Shown here: piece after piece, positions 13,451 through 25,038 of the stretch | Layout: every line of letters begins with the position of its first letter | How positions within the stretch are numbered: position 1 is the first letter of the stretch | Assembly (NCBI GenBank): GCA_038087875.1 | Contig: JAXLNO010000438.1 | Coordinates: 1 to 64,000 of the forward strand | DNA: 64,000 nt | Direction: 5' to 3' | Source of the DNA: Malacoraja senta | Taxonomy: Eukaryota | Made by a program: the position numbers and the translations under genes | The notes under the pieces: generated by a model | Told to the model about the DNA's origin: nothing | What the model saw: only the letters and a program-made list of their open reading frames with translations | The model's database searches: none

Positions 13451-13738
13451 ATAGACAATAGACAATAGGTGCAGGAGTAGGCCATTTGGCCCTTCGAGCC
13501 AGCACCACCATTCAATGTGATCATGGCTGATCATCCCCAATCAGTAACCTGTTCCTGCCTTCTACCCGTATCCCCTGACTCCGCTATCTTTAAGAGCCCT
13601 ATCTAGCTCTCCCTTGAAAGTATCCAGAGAACCGGCCTCCACCACCCTCTGAGGCAGAGAATTCCACAGACTCACAACTCTCTGTGTGAAAAAGTGTTTC
13701 CTCGTCTCCGTTCTAAATGGCTTACCCCTTATTCTTAA
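13451..13738 (-). mobile_element. CR1 3' fragment
   Basis: ATAGACAATAGACAATAGGTGCAGGAGTAGGCCATT tail and UTR; same family as the 30116 and 23692 copies. Confidence 0.9.
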
Positions 13739-15540
13739 AATATATCTTAAAGTATTTCAACTCTTGACACAAACCGAGAAACCATGGTGTTAAAATGTCT
13801 CTTATTCGGCCCAATAAATTGCAGATGCATCAAAAAAAAACTGTTTATGTGGGTTGCAAATTACTTATGTATTTCCACAAAGAATATACAGAATTAAATC
13901 AACTGAACTGCACAAAAAATTATAATGTTTCTAATATTCTATAGTTAACCAATATTTTTTCCTTGAATATTGAGAATTTGCTTGCCAGTCACATCTTTAA
14001 TCAGACCATCGTGTCTTTGTCAATTAAGAGGAACATTGTTGTGTATTTTGATTCCTTAGCTTGCTAATTGATTTCTACTGGTGTCAAGTCCCAAGCACTT
14101 TATGAAATAAAAGACTTTTTTTTTTTCTCATATCCACAATCAAATATCCAATTTTCTAAAATAATTTGTTTTACATCAAAAGTACACTAAATACTCACCT
14201 TAAAAATCCTTTAATTGGAAAGTGAGACAAAGGCCATGTTGCAAAAAGTTAAGACATACTTTGCCTCATGTGTTTGAATCATGATGCACAATTTCTGAAA
14301 ATTTCTCATTTTTGAATCTTCAAAAATCCAACCTAATAGATAAATCAGACCAATTCATAACGTGTTGGTCTCCATTTGTCGTCTTTTTGGAGTCATGATT
14401 GGTGCAACACAATTGTAAAAGCTAACTGTCTCGGGACTGGGCGAGGGATGGTCAAGAGTATAAATAATGATCTCCTTACTTCTTTTTTTTTATTTTTTAC
14501 TCTCTTTTCCACATTTCCTTTTCTTTAACTTTCTTCTTTCATTCTTTTTTCTTCTTCTTCACACACTATATATCTCACGTTTTTCTATACTTTATTATCT
14601 AATTTCTTTTTCTTATTCTTCTTTATTATTATAAAAAAATAAGAAGCTATACATAAAATGTATTATGAAAATATATATTAGGCACTTTGGTGCCATACGA
14701 TTGTACTTATTTAAAAAAAATAAAAAAATAAAATTAAACAAAATCCAACAAGATTTATGTAAAAGTAAAACATGCTTCTAGCAGTTGTAATGTTGTCCGT
14801 TTTATGATATTTTGACTACTCTACGTGTGATGGAGCTAATTTTTTATATGAATACCAAATGTCAGTAATGCCAAGTACTTTAAACGCGAACACTGAGAGA
14901 ATACAATCACTTCAATGTTGCTTTAAACAGGTCACAGACTCAATGTTTCAGAAGCAAGCAATGTTGCCAAATTCTCATGAATAAGCAGGTAATCCAATGT
15001 CAACCTCTGCACTCCTGCAGATCATTGACTGTCTACTGTCAGTAGTATCATAACAAGTCATAGTGAAAAGGTCAATAATCAAATAAACTTTCAAAGACAT
15101 TAAGTCCTAATAACAGTGAATGGTTTGGGTAGGTAGCAGGTTCCCTTTCACACAATTGCTTACACTATGACTTACTTGGTTGTGCTAACCAGCTGCCTTA
15201 GCTGTGGGGCCGTGAATCAGTAGCCCATTGTTTGTTTAGGTTCATGATGGTGTCATTCAAATTTTTCCAGACATCATGGAAAACCTGTTGGAAATTGTAC
15301 AGGATAAGAGGCCGAGAGTGAATAACGTGCTAAAAAAACTTTGCATTGCCAGAAAAAGGTAATGAAGAGATTAATGGAATTGAATACCAATTAATTGCCA
15401 CATCTGATGACCTGCATCCTAAGATTTTGAAGAGGTAGCTATAGAGATTGTAGACTTACTTATGATAATTTTTCCATAATACCGTGGAATCTAGAATCGA
15501 AGGTGTGCACAGTGGTTCAGTGCCAGAAACCCGAGTTTGA

Positions 15541-15777
15541 TGGAATTCTGTGGAATTCTCTGCCACAGAAGGTAGTTGAGGCCAGTTCATTGGCTATATT
15601 TAAGAGAGAGTTAGATGTGGCCTTTGTGGCTAAAGGGATCAGGGGGTATGGAGAGAAGGCAGGGATGGGATACTGAGTTGGATGATCAGCCATGATCATA
15701 TCGAATGGCGGTGCAGGCTCGAAGGGCCGAATGGCCTACTCCTGCACCTATTTTTCAATGTTTCTATGTTTTCTATG
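15541..15777 (+). mobile_element. CR1 3' fragment
   Basis: Matches 44250-44476; directly fused to a 5'-truncated V-SINE. Confidence 0.88.
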
Positions 15778-17020
15778 ATCCTGACTATGGGTGCTGTCTG
15801 TGCAGAGTTTGAACATTCTCCCTGTTAGTGTGTGGGTTTTCTCCGGGTGTTCTGATTTTCTCCCACATTCCAAAGGCGTGCAAGTTTGTAGGTTAATTGG
15901 CCTCTGTAGATTGTCCCCAGTGTGTAGAATAAAACTAGGGTATTCGTGATCGTTGGTCGGCATGGACTCGGTGGGCCAAAGGGCCTGTTTCTCTAAACTA
16001 AACTAAACAATTATAATCCTACTGTTTTAGAAAGGATGGAGTGAGAAACAAGGAACTACAAACCAGTTAGCGGGCATCGATAGTAGAGAAATTACTGGAA
16101 TCTATTATGAAGGAAATGGTAGCAGGGCACTTAGAAGATAATAACAGGATTGTAATTGTCACCATAGATTTATAAAGAGAAAATAATCTGTCAAATTCCT
16201 TCGTTTTTTGCGGTTATAACTTCCAGAACCAATAAACAGGAGCTGGTGGTTGTGCTGCATTTGGACTTGAAGAAAGCCATCTGCAAGGTGCCACATAAAA
16301 GGTCATAAAATGATTGGTTAATGGACAGTAAACAGTAAGCAGGTGTAAATGGGTCATTTGCATGTTGGGAGGTTATGACCACTGGAGGGGGGATGGTGTT
16401 CACATGGTTCAGTGGTGGGCCTCGGTTGCTCACTATCAATTATTTGGATGTGGGGACCAAGTATAAAGTATGCATTTGCCGATGATACACTTCTTAGAAC
16501 ATAGAACAGTACAGCACAGGAACAGGCCCATCGTCCCTCAATGTCTGTGCCAAACATGATGCTAACTCTTATTTGCCTGCACATGACACATATTCCTCCA
16601 CGCTACCCTCTGGTACTGATATTTCCATCCTGATGGAATATCACCATCTATGTAGTATTGTGGATGGTCAAGGGGATATGGAGTGAATTAAATGACTTTG
16701 TCTTTGGAAAAAATCTGAATGATGTCTAGCTGCGGGTTGCCATTCCACATCCCATTGTCTAGATTATGTCCCACACTCCCTTACCATGCAAACATAGCTA
16801 AGACAGCTGGTTGGCACAAGCATGTATGCCATAGTGTACATAAATGTGTCAAAGGGTATTAATTAAGTGAATAGACAGAATAAAATGTGGTAATGTGGTA
16901 AAAATGTAAGATCATACACTTTGTATTTTTTTAATGGTGAGAGATTGCAAGGTGCTAATGTTCAAAGAGACCATATAAATAAATAATTGAATATTAACAT
17001 TCAGCAAAACAAGCCATTAA

Positions 17021-17353
17021 GCAGCACAGAGGCGCAGTTGGTAGAACCAATGTCTGACAGCATCAGAGACCGAAGTTCAATCCTAACCTGGGGTGCTGTC
17101 TGTATGGAGTTTGTACATTTTCCCTGTGACCACGTGAGTTTCTTCCGGATGCTTCAGTTTCCTCCCACATCCCAAAGACATGATGGTTTGTAGATTAATT
17201 GGCCTCTGTAAAATTGACCCTAACATAAATGGAGTAGATGAGAAAGTGGGATAACATAGAAATAGAGTGAACAGGTGATCGATGGTCAGCGTGGACATGG
17301 TGGGCCGAAAGGCTTATTTCCATGCTGTATCACTAAACTAAACTAAACTAAAC
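17021..17353 (+). mobile_element. tRNA-derived V-SINE (HE1-like), full length
   Basis: A/B-box-like head, V-domain core GGAGTTTGTACATT.TCCC.GTGACC..TTTCCTCCCACA.CCCAAAGAC, (TAAAC)n tail. Confidence 0.85.
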
Positions 17354-17449
17354 AGCAAACATTTCAGATTTCTATTTGTTGCTTGGGGTTTGAGTAGGAA
17401 AATAGCACTGAGCTAGAAGATCAGCCATGATCTTATTGCCTGGCAAAAC

Positions 17450-17780
17450 CGAGACCAATAACTCTCACCAATTTCTACAGATGTTCCTTAGAAAGCATTT
17501 TATCGGGATGCATTACAGCATATTTTGGGAACAGCTCCAGCCAAGACCGCAAGAAATTGCAGCGAATTATGGACGCAGCCCAGACCATCAAACAAACCAA
17601 CCTCCCTTCCAGTGACACAATTTATATCTCACGCTGCCTCGGCAAGTCCACCAGCATAATCAAAGACGAGTCGCAACCTGGCCACTCCCTTTTTTCCCCT
17701 CTCCCATCAGGCAAGACGTACAGAAGTGTGAAAACAAACATCTCCAAATTCAGGAACAGTTTTTTCCCACTGTTATCAGG
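17450..17780 (+). mobile_element. Rex1/Babar ORF C-terminal remnant
   Basis: LQRIMDAAQTI...HSLFSPLPSGKTYRSVKT..SKFRNSFFP. Confidence 0.75.
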
Positions 17781-18673
17781 CAAAGAACCATCCTATCAAC
17801 TAAACAAGAGGCTCAATGGTCTATTCCTGCTTGTATTTTGTATGTTCTTTTATTTAACCATAATGGCCTTCAGAATTTATCTAGATAACAAACTAGGAGA
17901 TCAGTGTACTGAAACAGGTTCAGTACCAAGAAAAGTAAATCTTTCGAAATATTTACTTTCATATCGATAGCTGAGTTGAGAGGTGTGTTTAACTCAATGA
18001 TTGATTAGCCACCTTCCTGTTCCTGCAATCATTTACAAAAAACAAGCATTGCAGTTTTTTTCCAAGATGCATCCTTTGTTAGTCTTAGCTTTGGTACCAT
18101 GATCAGATCAGATGATGACCAAGAAGGTGGAGACCCCTTCTATGAGTGGCCAAGACTGATCTACCCCATTGCTTGTTAGCCGCCTTGTTCCATTTGTTTT
18201 GTGACCCTCTACTCAAGAAACCAGAACTCTGACTATTTAAAATTGCAAATTGCTTCTCCATATCCAGCCTCTCTTTCCTCCCCCCCACCCCCTTAGCCTA
18301 AAAAAACATCCTTAACTCTCCCAATCAGATTACATCCCCTGTAAAAGCACCACATGTTCTTATCAAAGTTGCCATAAATATCTTATGCATTTCTTGCTAA
18401 GATATCTTGATCTTTTGTTCATTTTGGAAGGAAGAATGATAGAAAACAAATTATTAGTTAAATGGAGAAAGACAATAGAAAGTTACAGCACGAGAGACCT
18501 TCGGAGGTTCTTGTATATGGAACACATCAGGCACGTGCCGTGAGTAATTACTCAGGGTAGGCAGTCAGTCGGCTTTAAAAAAATCTTAAACCACGCATGC
18601 ACAGATTGTTCTCTTCGTAAGCTGTCAGTCGACTTTTATAAAGTCTTCAAAAGCCAAATCTCTTAATAAAGTA

Positions 18674-19840
18674 CCGTATTTCCCGGCAATGAAAACGCAC
18701 CCCCATTTTGAGTTGCTAAATTTTGAAAAAAAAGGCTGGTGGGACATCGAATTTCTCACGCTCAAAAAAATAAAAATAAAGAAAGCAATTTGCCCAAGGC
18801 TTCCAAATCTCCTTCATTCTGAATTACTGAATGGGTGGGGGGGTGAGGGGTGGAGGGTGACGGCAGGTGGAGAGATGATGGGAAATACAGGAGCACACCG
18901 GGACAAGTTGAATCAGTTGTGGTCTTATTGAATGATAATACTTGTTCAAGGGACCAATTGGGCGGAGAGTTCCTTTCACAGCTTGTGGGGAGTCTGGTCA
19001 GGGATAAAGTTGCGGGGAGGGCAGGAGCATTGAGAAGGAGGGGGTCGGGGATCATGCCAGTACCTCACTCACTCACCGCTGCCGTGGCACTCCAGGCACG
19101 GAGCCACTGCATTATGGCCGGGGAGGGAAGTAGCTCGGGTGGCTGTGAGCGGCTGCTGGGACCGGACAGCAGACGCCACCTCAGTGCCTTCTGCCGGCCT
19201 GCTCACCTCTGGCAGTGCTCTCCATCTGAACATCTCTCACCTGCCACTCGCCGGCTTCGCTCATGTCAGCCGCTTCCCGCAAATCCTTAAATTCCGACAG
19301 CCGAGTAACCTCAATTGGTCCCTTGATCGCGCTATCGGAATTTAAGGATTTGCGGGCAGCGGCTGACATGAGTGAGGCCGGCGAGCGGCAGGAGAGAGGT
19401 GTTCAGATGGAGAGCACTGCCAGAGGTGAGCAGGGGCCGGCAGAAGGAGCTGAGGTGGCGGCCGCTCGCAGCCACCTGAGCTGTCCTGTCCCGGCTGCCG
19501 CTCGCAGCCACCCGAGCTACTTCTCCCCCCGGCCACAATGCGGTGGCTCTGCGCCCGGAGCGTCGCGGCAACTGAGCTGCTGGCATGATCCCCGACCCCC
19601 TCCTTCTCCCCTCCCCAGCGGTGCTGTCCTTTTACAGCCACTTCCCATCAGCTGCCAGCAATGAGGGACAGACTTGGCTATCCCTCAGTATAACATTGTT
19701 CTTGATGTTGCTGTACTGAGGGATAGCCAAGTCTATCTTTCTTGGCTAACAACCTTCCAATTTAGGCTTCCAAGACACCTGTAAATTTTCGTGCCTTAAT
19801 TTTGGGTAAAAAATAGCGTCTTCATTGCCGGGAAATACGG
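18674..19840. mobile_element. Non-autonomous Tc1/mariner-type element nested in the hAT element
   Basis: TIR CCGTATTTCCCGGCAATGAA(A/G)ACGC at both ends, flanked by TA (18672-18673 and 19841-19842). Confidence 0.85.
19032..19608. repeat. Long GC-rich imperfect palindrome (~270-bp arms, ~29-nt spacer)
   Basis: 19032-19301 is the approximate reverse complement of 19331-19608. Mirror-image ORFs appear in the track (MSAASRKSLNSDS / MSAAARKSLNSDS). Confidence 0.93.
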
Positions 19841-20632
19841 TATTTAAAAACATATAGCACCAAGAAATCTACTTACCACATCATTTGTACACAAACTCCA
19901 TTTTTCTCTTTGTTTCTTAAGATATTCTTAAGATAATGGCAATCCATGTTTGAAAAACCCGCCAAGAAACTTGCGCTGCGCATGCGCAGTACTGCAAAGG
20001 CAGAGTTTCAGCTGCCTTCAGTCCCCTGGAAATGATGGCTTGAGGCATCGTCGATGGCACGTGGGCTCCACAGACCTTTGCGTGTTTCATGTACTGCGGA
20101 TGAAAGGCACGGAGAATTATGCCTACCCAAGAGATCGATCTCTTAGGTAGGCATTATTCTCCCATGCCTTTACTATTTATATTTAATAATTACCATTTTA
20201 TAATTTTAGTCAGGGTAGGCAATGCCTACCTTGCCTACCCTGACGGCACGTGCCTGGAACACATAAAGCGAGCATTTAGATGTTGCAGATAATCACAGAG
20301 ACTGATGTACTGCGGGCTTCTATTTCAAGAGAGTTGAAAGATAAAAATAAGGAGGTCTTCCAACAATGTACCAGTAATACTACATCTAGAATCTCGTATA
20401 TTGTTGCACCCTTATTTAAATAAAGATATTTTATCATTGAAAGCAGTTCAGGGAGATATTTATTGAACGATCCTGGGTATGGAAGGATTCTTATGAAGAA
20501 TAATTGAACAGATTGGGTCTCCATTCAATGGCAGTTAGAAGACAAGATGTGAACATTGTGAAACATATAAGTCTCTAATGGGATTTGACCCCTCATAGGA
20601 GAGTGTCGGACCAGAAAGCATGCTCCAAGAAC

Positions 20633-21650
20633 AGAATAGAATAGAATAGAATAGAATAGAAACTTTATTTGCCACACGACCAGGGTTGCTGGTAATTGGG
20701 TTCGGTACATGATGGTACACTGCTTTAGCACATTAACACTAACAACCATAATAATAAAGCACATCACAAATCACAAATCTCACCAACAATACATAGTGCA
20801 AAAGAACAGACAAAAACCATAGACAAGACACTGTATACATCAAAGTCAAAAAGTTATTGGAGGGAATTAAGTGTTCTTATTGCTGAGGGGAAGAAACTGT
20901 TTTAAAAACGGGTGGATTTTGTAGCAAGTGACCTAAGGCGCCTCCCTGAAGGGAGAGACTGGAAAAGGTGGTTTGCTGGATGGGAGGGGTCCGAGATGAT
21001 CTTTGTTGCCCGTTTTGAGGTACGTTGGAGGTAAATGGAATGGATTGAGGGGAGGGAGAGTTGATGATCCTAGAGGCCTTGGAGACAATGCGCTGTATTC
21101 TGTGTAGTGAGTGACTGTCAGTGTTTCCGTACCAGACTGTGATTGAGGAGGTGATGATGCTTTCAATGATGGATTGATAGAAGCGTACCAGGAGGTGTTT
21201 GTGGACTCTGAACTTCTTGAGCTGTCTGAGGAAGTATAGGCGTTGTTGTCCTTTCTTAATGATGTGGTCAGCATTGATGTGCCATTTTAGATTATTGCAG
21301 ATATAGGTGCCCAGAAACTTAAATAAGTTCGTGGAGGTTATGGGATGGGAGTTGACATGGACTGCGGGTTTGAGGTTTTGTTTGCGTCTGAAATCTATGA
21401 TGGTTTCTAAGGTTTTTGAGGTGTTAAGCTGGAGGTTGTTTTCTGCGCACCATTTGACTGCGCTGTCCACTGTTTGATGGTATTGTGATTCATTGTTGTC
21501 TGAGATGAGGCCAATTATTGTCGTGTCGTCTGCATATTTGAAAATTTTAACTGAGCTGCATTGGGATGTGAGGTTGTTGGTGTAAAGTGAGAAGAGCTGA
21601 GGTGACAGAACGCACCCTTGAGGGGCTCCTGTATTGATAGTCAGATAGTC
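20633..21650 (-). mobile_element. Rex1/Babar-clade LINE, 5'-truncated, (TTCTA)n tail
   Basis: GAPQGCVLSP, KYADDTT, WCAENNLQLNTSKT, FKFLG, QRLYFLRQLKK; AATAAA then a microsatellite tail. It interrupts an old CR1. Confidence 0.9.
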
Positions 21651-22752
21651 AGAGAACCATCTATTAAGACAGAGATAAAGAAGAATTTAATCTTTCAAAG
21701 TTTTGCTGATCGTCGGTATTCTGATACCCAGAAAGCAGTGGAAATTTAATATCTGCATATATTTAACGCAGGGATAGATTTTTTAATCAGTCAGGGAATC
21801 AAGAGTTGTAGAGGTGGAGCAGAAAAGCCTCTAGGGACTGAATAGTCTTCTTCTGTTCTTATTTCCCGGTCAAATTGTGTACAATCTGACATGACCGTGG
21901 AAGTTTGAGCCACTTCAATGAGAATGCAGTAATTCCACATCTCAGAATTGCAGCATCTCCTCAGGTAGGAATAAATCAAAGCTCTTTATCACAGGCCTCA
22001 TCGATGCCCAGTGCCAATTCTACAGCTCAGAAATGAATGAATTTCAAGAGTGATGTACAATAAGCAGGAAATGGTCATTAACACTTTTCATTCTAGGAAA
22101 ACACTGCAAAAGACACAATATAACTACATTTCTACAATATGTTGTAATACCCTTGGGAGCTTAAGGCAAAAGTCAGGAAAAAAATAATACTGTATGATAG
22201 GGCAATGCAGTAGCCATTGGAAACTTTAATCTGCGTGTTGACTGAATAATTAAAATTAGTGGTTCTAAAAGGTTATTCAAATTAGTGGTAAACAATATAT
22301 TGAGGAAACAACTAGAGAAAAATATATTTTACATCTTGTTTCAGCCAATGAGAACGGATTAATTGATGTTGTTCAGGGGACTTCAGGAAAGGAGGACAGT
22401 ATTGATGTAGAATCCGACAGTGAGTCTAAAAGTGTGGCAATATATCCAATGGGATTCTTATGAGGAAAGATTGAGCAGGTTGGGTCTGTATCCATCAGCA
22501 TTTAGAAGACAAGAGGTAAATCTACTGAAACATATAGGACTCAAAATGAAATAAGGAAAGCTATCAAGATGGACACAAAATGCTGGAGTTCTTTCCTACA
22601 CAAGCTATCAAGATACAAGGAGAGAGTTGATTCTTGTTGATCAGGAAAGCACATTGAAAGATATGGCAGCCGACAGACAATAGCTAACGTTTAAAGAAAT
22701 AGCACATAATTTGTAGAAATATATATATATTCCTTTGAGGACAAAACAAGGA

Positions 22753-23548
22753 GCGGCATGGTGGCGCAGCAGTACAGTTAAGGGCCTGTCCCACCAGCAT
22801 GCGATTGCCTGCGTCTAGCGCGACCAAACGTGGTGGCTTGAGGCGTACGGCCTCGCGGGGCCGGTCCCACTTTGGAGTTGTGCGGGGCTGGTCCCGACAT
22901 TAAACTCACCAATCAGCTGGGCAGGAGGCGGGCCGACTGAATTTGGACGTCGGGCGGTTACGTCATCACGCAACGGCACGTCGGGAGGTGACGTCATCGC
23001 GCAACGCCACGCACTAGGCATACGCCGTCAAGACGCTGCATATAGGCGGTGCAAGCGGCGTCCATGCGGCAGCGGGCCGGCAGGCCTTTGCCACGCGGAA
23101 TTTTTGAACACTGTCAGTTTTTCGGAGCCCCGCGCGATGTCGGGACCAGCTTCGCACAACTCCATGCGGCCCCGCGAGGCCACACGGCTAGCGCGACCAC
23201 GTTAGGTCGCGCTAGCCGCATGCAGTCGCATGCTCGTGGGCCAAGCCCTTTACTGCCACACAGTGACCGAGATCCAGGTTCGATCTTGATTACAGGTGCT
23301 CTCTGTATGGAGTTTGTACATTCTCCCCGTGACCTGCGTGGGTTTTCTCCGGGTGCTCTGTTTTCCTTCCACACTCCAAAGACGTATAGGTGTGTAGGTT
23401 AATTGGCTTGGTATAAATGTAAATTGTTCTGGGTGTGTATGGGAGAGTGTTAATGTGCTGGGATTGCTGGTCGGAGTGGACTCAGTGGGCTGAAGGGCCT
23501 GTTTCCTTGCTGTATCTCTAAACTAAACTAAACTAAAGTAAACTAAAA
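22753..23548 (+). mobile_element. V-SINE (HE1-like) split by a Harbinger MITE
   Basis: Head GGCATGGTGGCGCAGCAGT at 22755; resumes at 23253 with GGTTCGATC B-box, V-domain and (TAAAC)n tail. Confidence 0.88.
22781..23249. mobile_element. PIF/Harbinger-type MITE inserted into a V-SINE
   Basis: TIR AGGGCCTGTCCCAC.AGCATGCGA..GC; TTA TSD at 22778-22780 and 23250-23252. Removing the element restores the SINE head cagTTActgcc. Confidence 0.88.
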
Positions 23549-23691
23549 CCCTAACAAGAGAACTGGTCCATCTGTGGTGACAGATTCAATTCCTGCAGAC
23601 ACTGAATCATAAAGAAATCATGAAATCATTGGTGTTATGGATCTCTGTTGGCATGTTTCATAATTGTTGGAAGATTTTAGAATTGTCTAAT

Positions 23692-23927
23692 ATAGACAAT
23701 AGACAATAAGTGCAGGAGTATGCCATTCGGCCCTTCAATGTGATCATGGCTGATCATCCACAATCAGCACCCCGTTGCTGCCTTCTCCCCATATCCCCTG
23801 ACTCCGCTATCTTCAAGAGCCCTATCTAGCTCTCTCTTGAAAGTTTCCAGATCACCGGCCTCCACCGCCCTCTGAGGCAGAGAAATCCACAGACTCACAA
23901 CTCTCTGTGAGAAAAAGTGTTTCCTCG
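23692..23927 (-). mobile_element. CR1 3' fragment
   Basis: Same tail and UTR as the 13451 copy. Confidence 0.88.
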
Positions 23928-23946
23928 GTGTTTCCTAACAGTGCTA

Positions 23947-24810
23947 AATTCAATTCAATTCAATTCAATTTATTTGTCTTTTGGACAAATTTGTCATTTG
24001 GACCCCTTGAGGTCCAAACGAAATGTCGTTTCTGCAGCCATACAATACAAAACGAAGAAGACCCGAGACACAACACAATTTACACATACATCCATCACAG
24101 CGCTGTGATGGAAGGCAAAAAAACGTATCTCTCCACTGCACTCCCCCCGATGTCAGAGTCAAAGTCAAAGCCCCCGGCGGGCGATGGTGATTGTCCCGCA
24201 GCCATTAAAGCCACGCCGGGTGATGCAAGGTCGCGCACCGGGTCTTGGTGTTAGAGCCCCGGCGCGCACCCGCAAAGTTCGGTGGCCATTCCAAGCCGTG
24301 CGGGGGGACAAAGCCCCGCTCCAGGTGCTCCTCAACCCCGCAACTCGGGCGGGAGAAGTCGCCACTGCGGAAGCCCCGAAAAGCGGTCTCCCACCAGGGG
24401 ACCCGCGGGCTTCCAGTGTTGCCGTCCGCCAGACCCGCGGTTGTAGCCTCCGAATCTCCGGCGGTCGGGTAGCTGCAGCGCTCCACCACAGCTCCACCCG
24501 CTCCAGACTCGGCCAGCCCCGCGACGATGAGTAGTCCGCAGCTCCACGGGAGCCCCAGGTCGTTCCTGCTGGAGGCCGCACCACGTTGCCCAGCCCCAAC
24601 GACAACGGAGACCCGACAAAGAAAAAGTCGGGTTTCCCGTGCAGCGGAAAGATTTCAAAGTTTCCCCACCCCACCCCCACCCCCACCCCCCCACACACAC
24701 ATACCCCGACAAAAAAAAGAATAAAAAACTACATAAAAACGAGACAAAAATAATAAAAAGACAGACGGACTGCAGAGGCCGCTGCAGATGAAAGTCGCGC
24801 CGCCCACCGA
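23947..24810 (-). mobile_element. Unclassified ~850-bp non-coding retroposon, (ATTGA)n tail
   Basis: Homologous along its length to 2235-3048. Confidence 0.8.
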
Positions 24811-25038
24811 AAGGGACTGTGTCCAATAATTCATCACAATTCATGCTAACATGTTTTGCACTCTGCACTTCCTCCCTTCCCCCACCTCCTGCCAAACCCT
24901 CAACACTATCCCACCATTTCATCATCATTCCATTCGCCTCATATTAACTTTTAGTTCCACTCGCACTTCATTGCTCTCACAGCACCCTCCATCCTTGTTG
25001 CAAAGCTCCTGTCAGCATCATATCTAGCCACTAAGCAT

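Larger units (their letters stand above)
18528..20256. mobile_element. Non-autonomous hAT-type DNA transposon
   Basis: TIR CAGGCACGTGCCGT at both ends; exact 8-bp TSD GAACACAT (18520-18527 and 20257-20264); no transposase ORF. Confidence 0.88.

Noticed and set aside
18850..19664. Mirror-image ORFs on both strands
   Set aside because: A by-product of the palindrome; no transposase motifs.
22755..23295. tRNA genes at SINE heads
   Set aside because: A/B boxes belong to V-SINEs; no complete cloverleaf.
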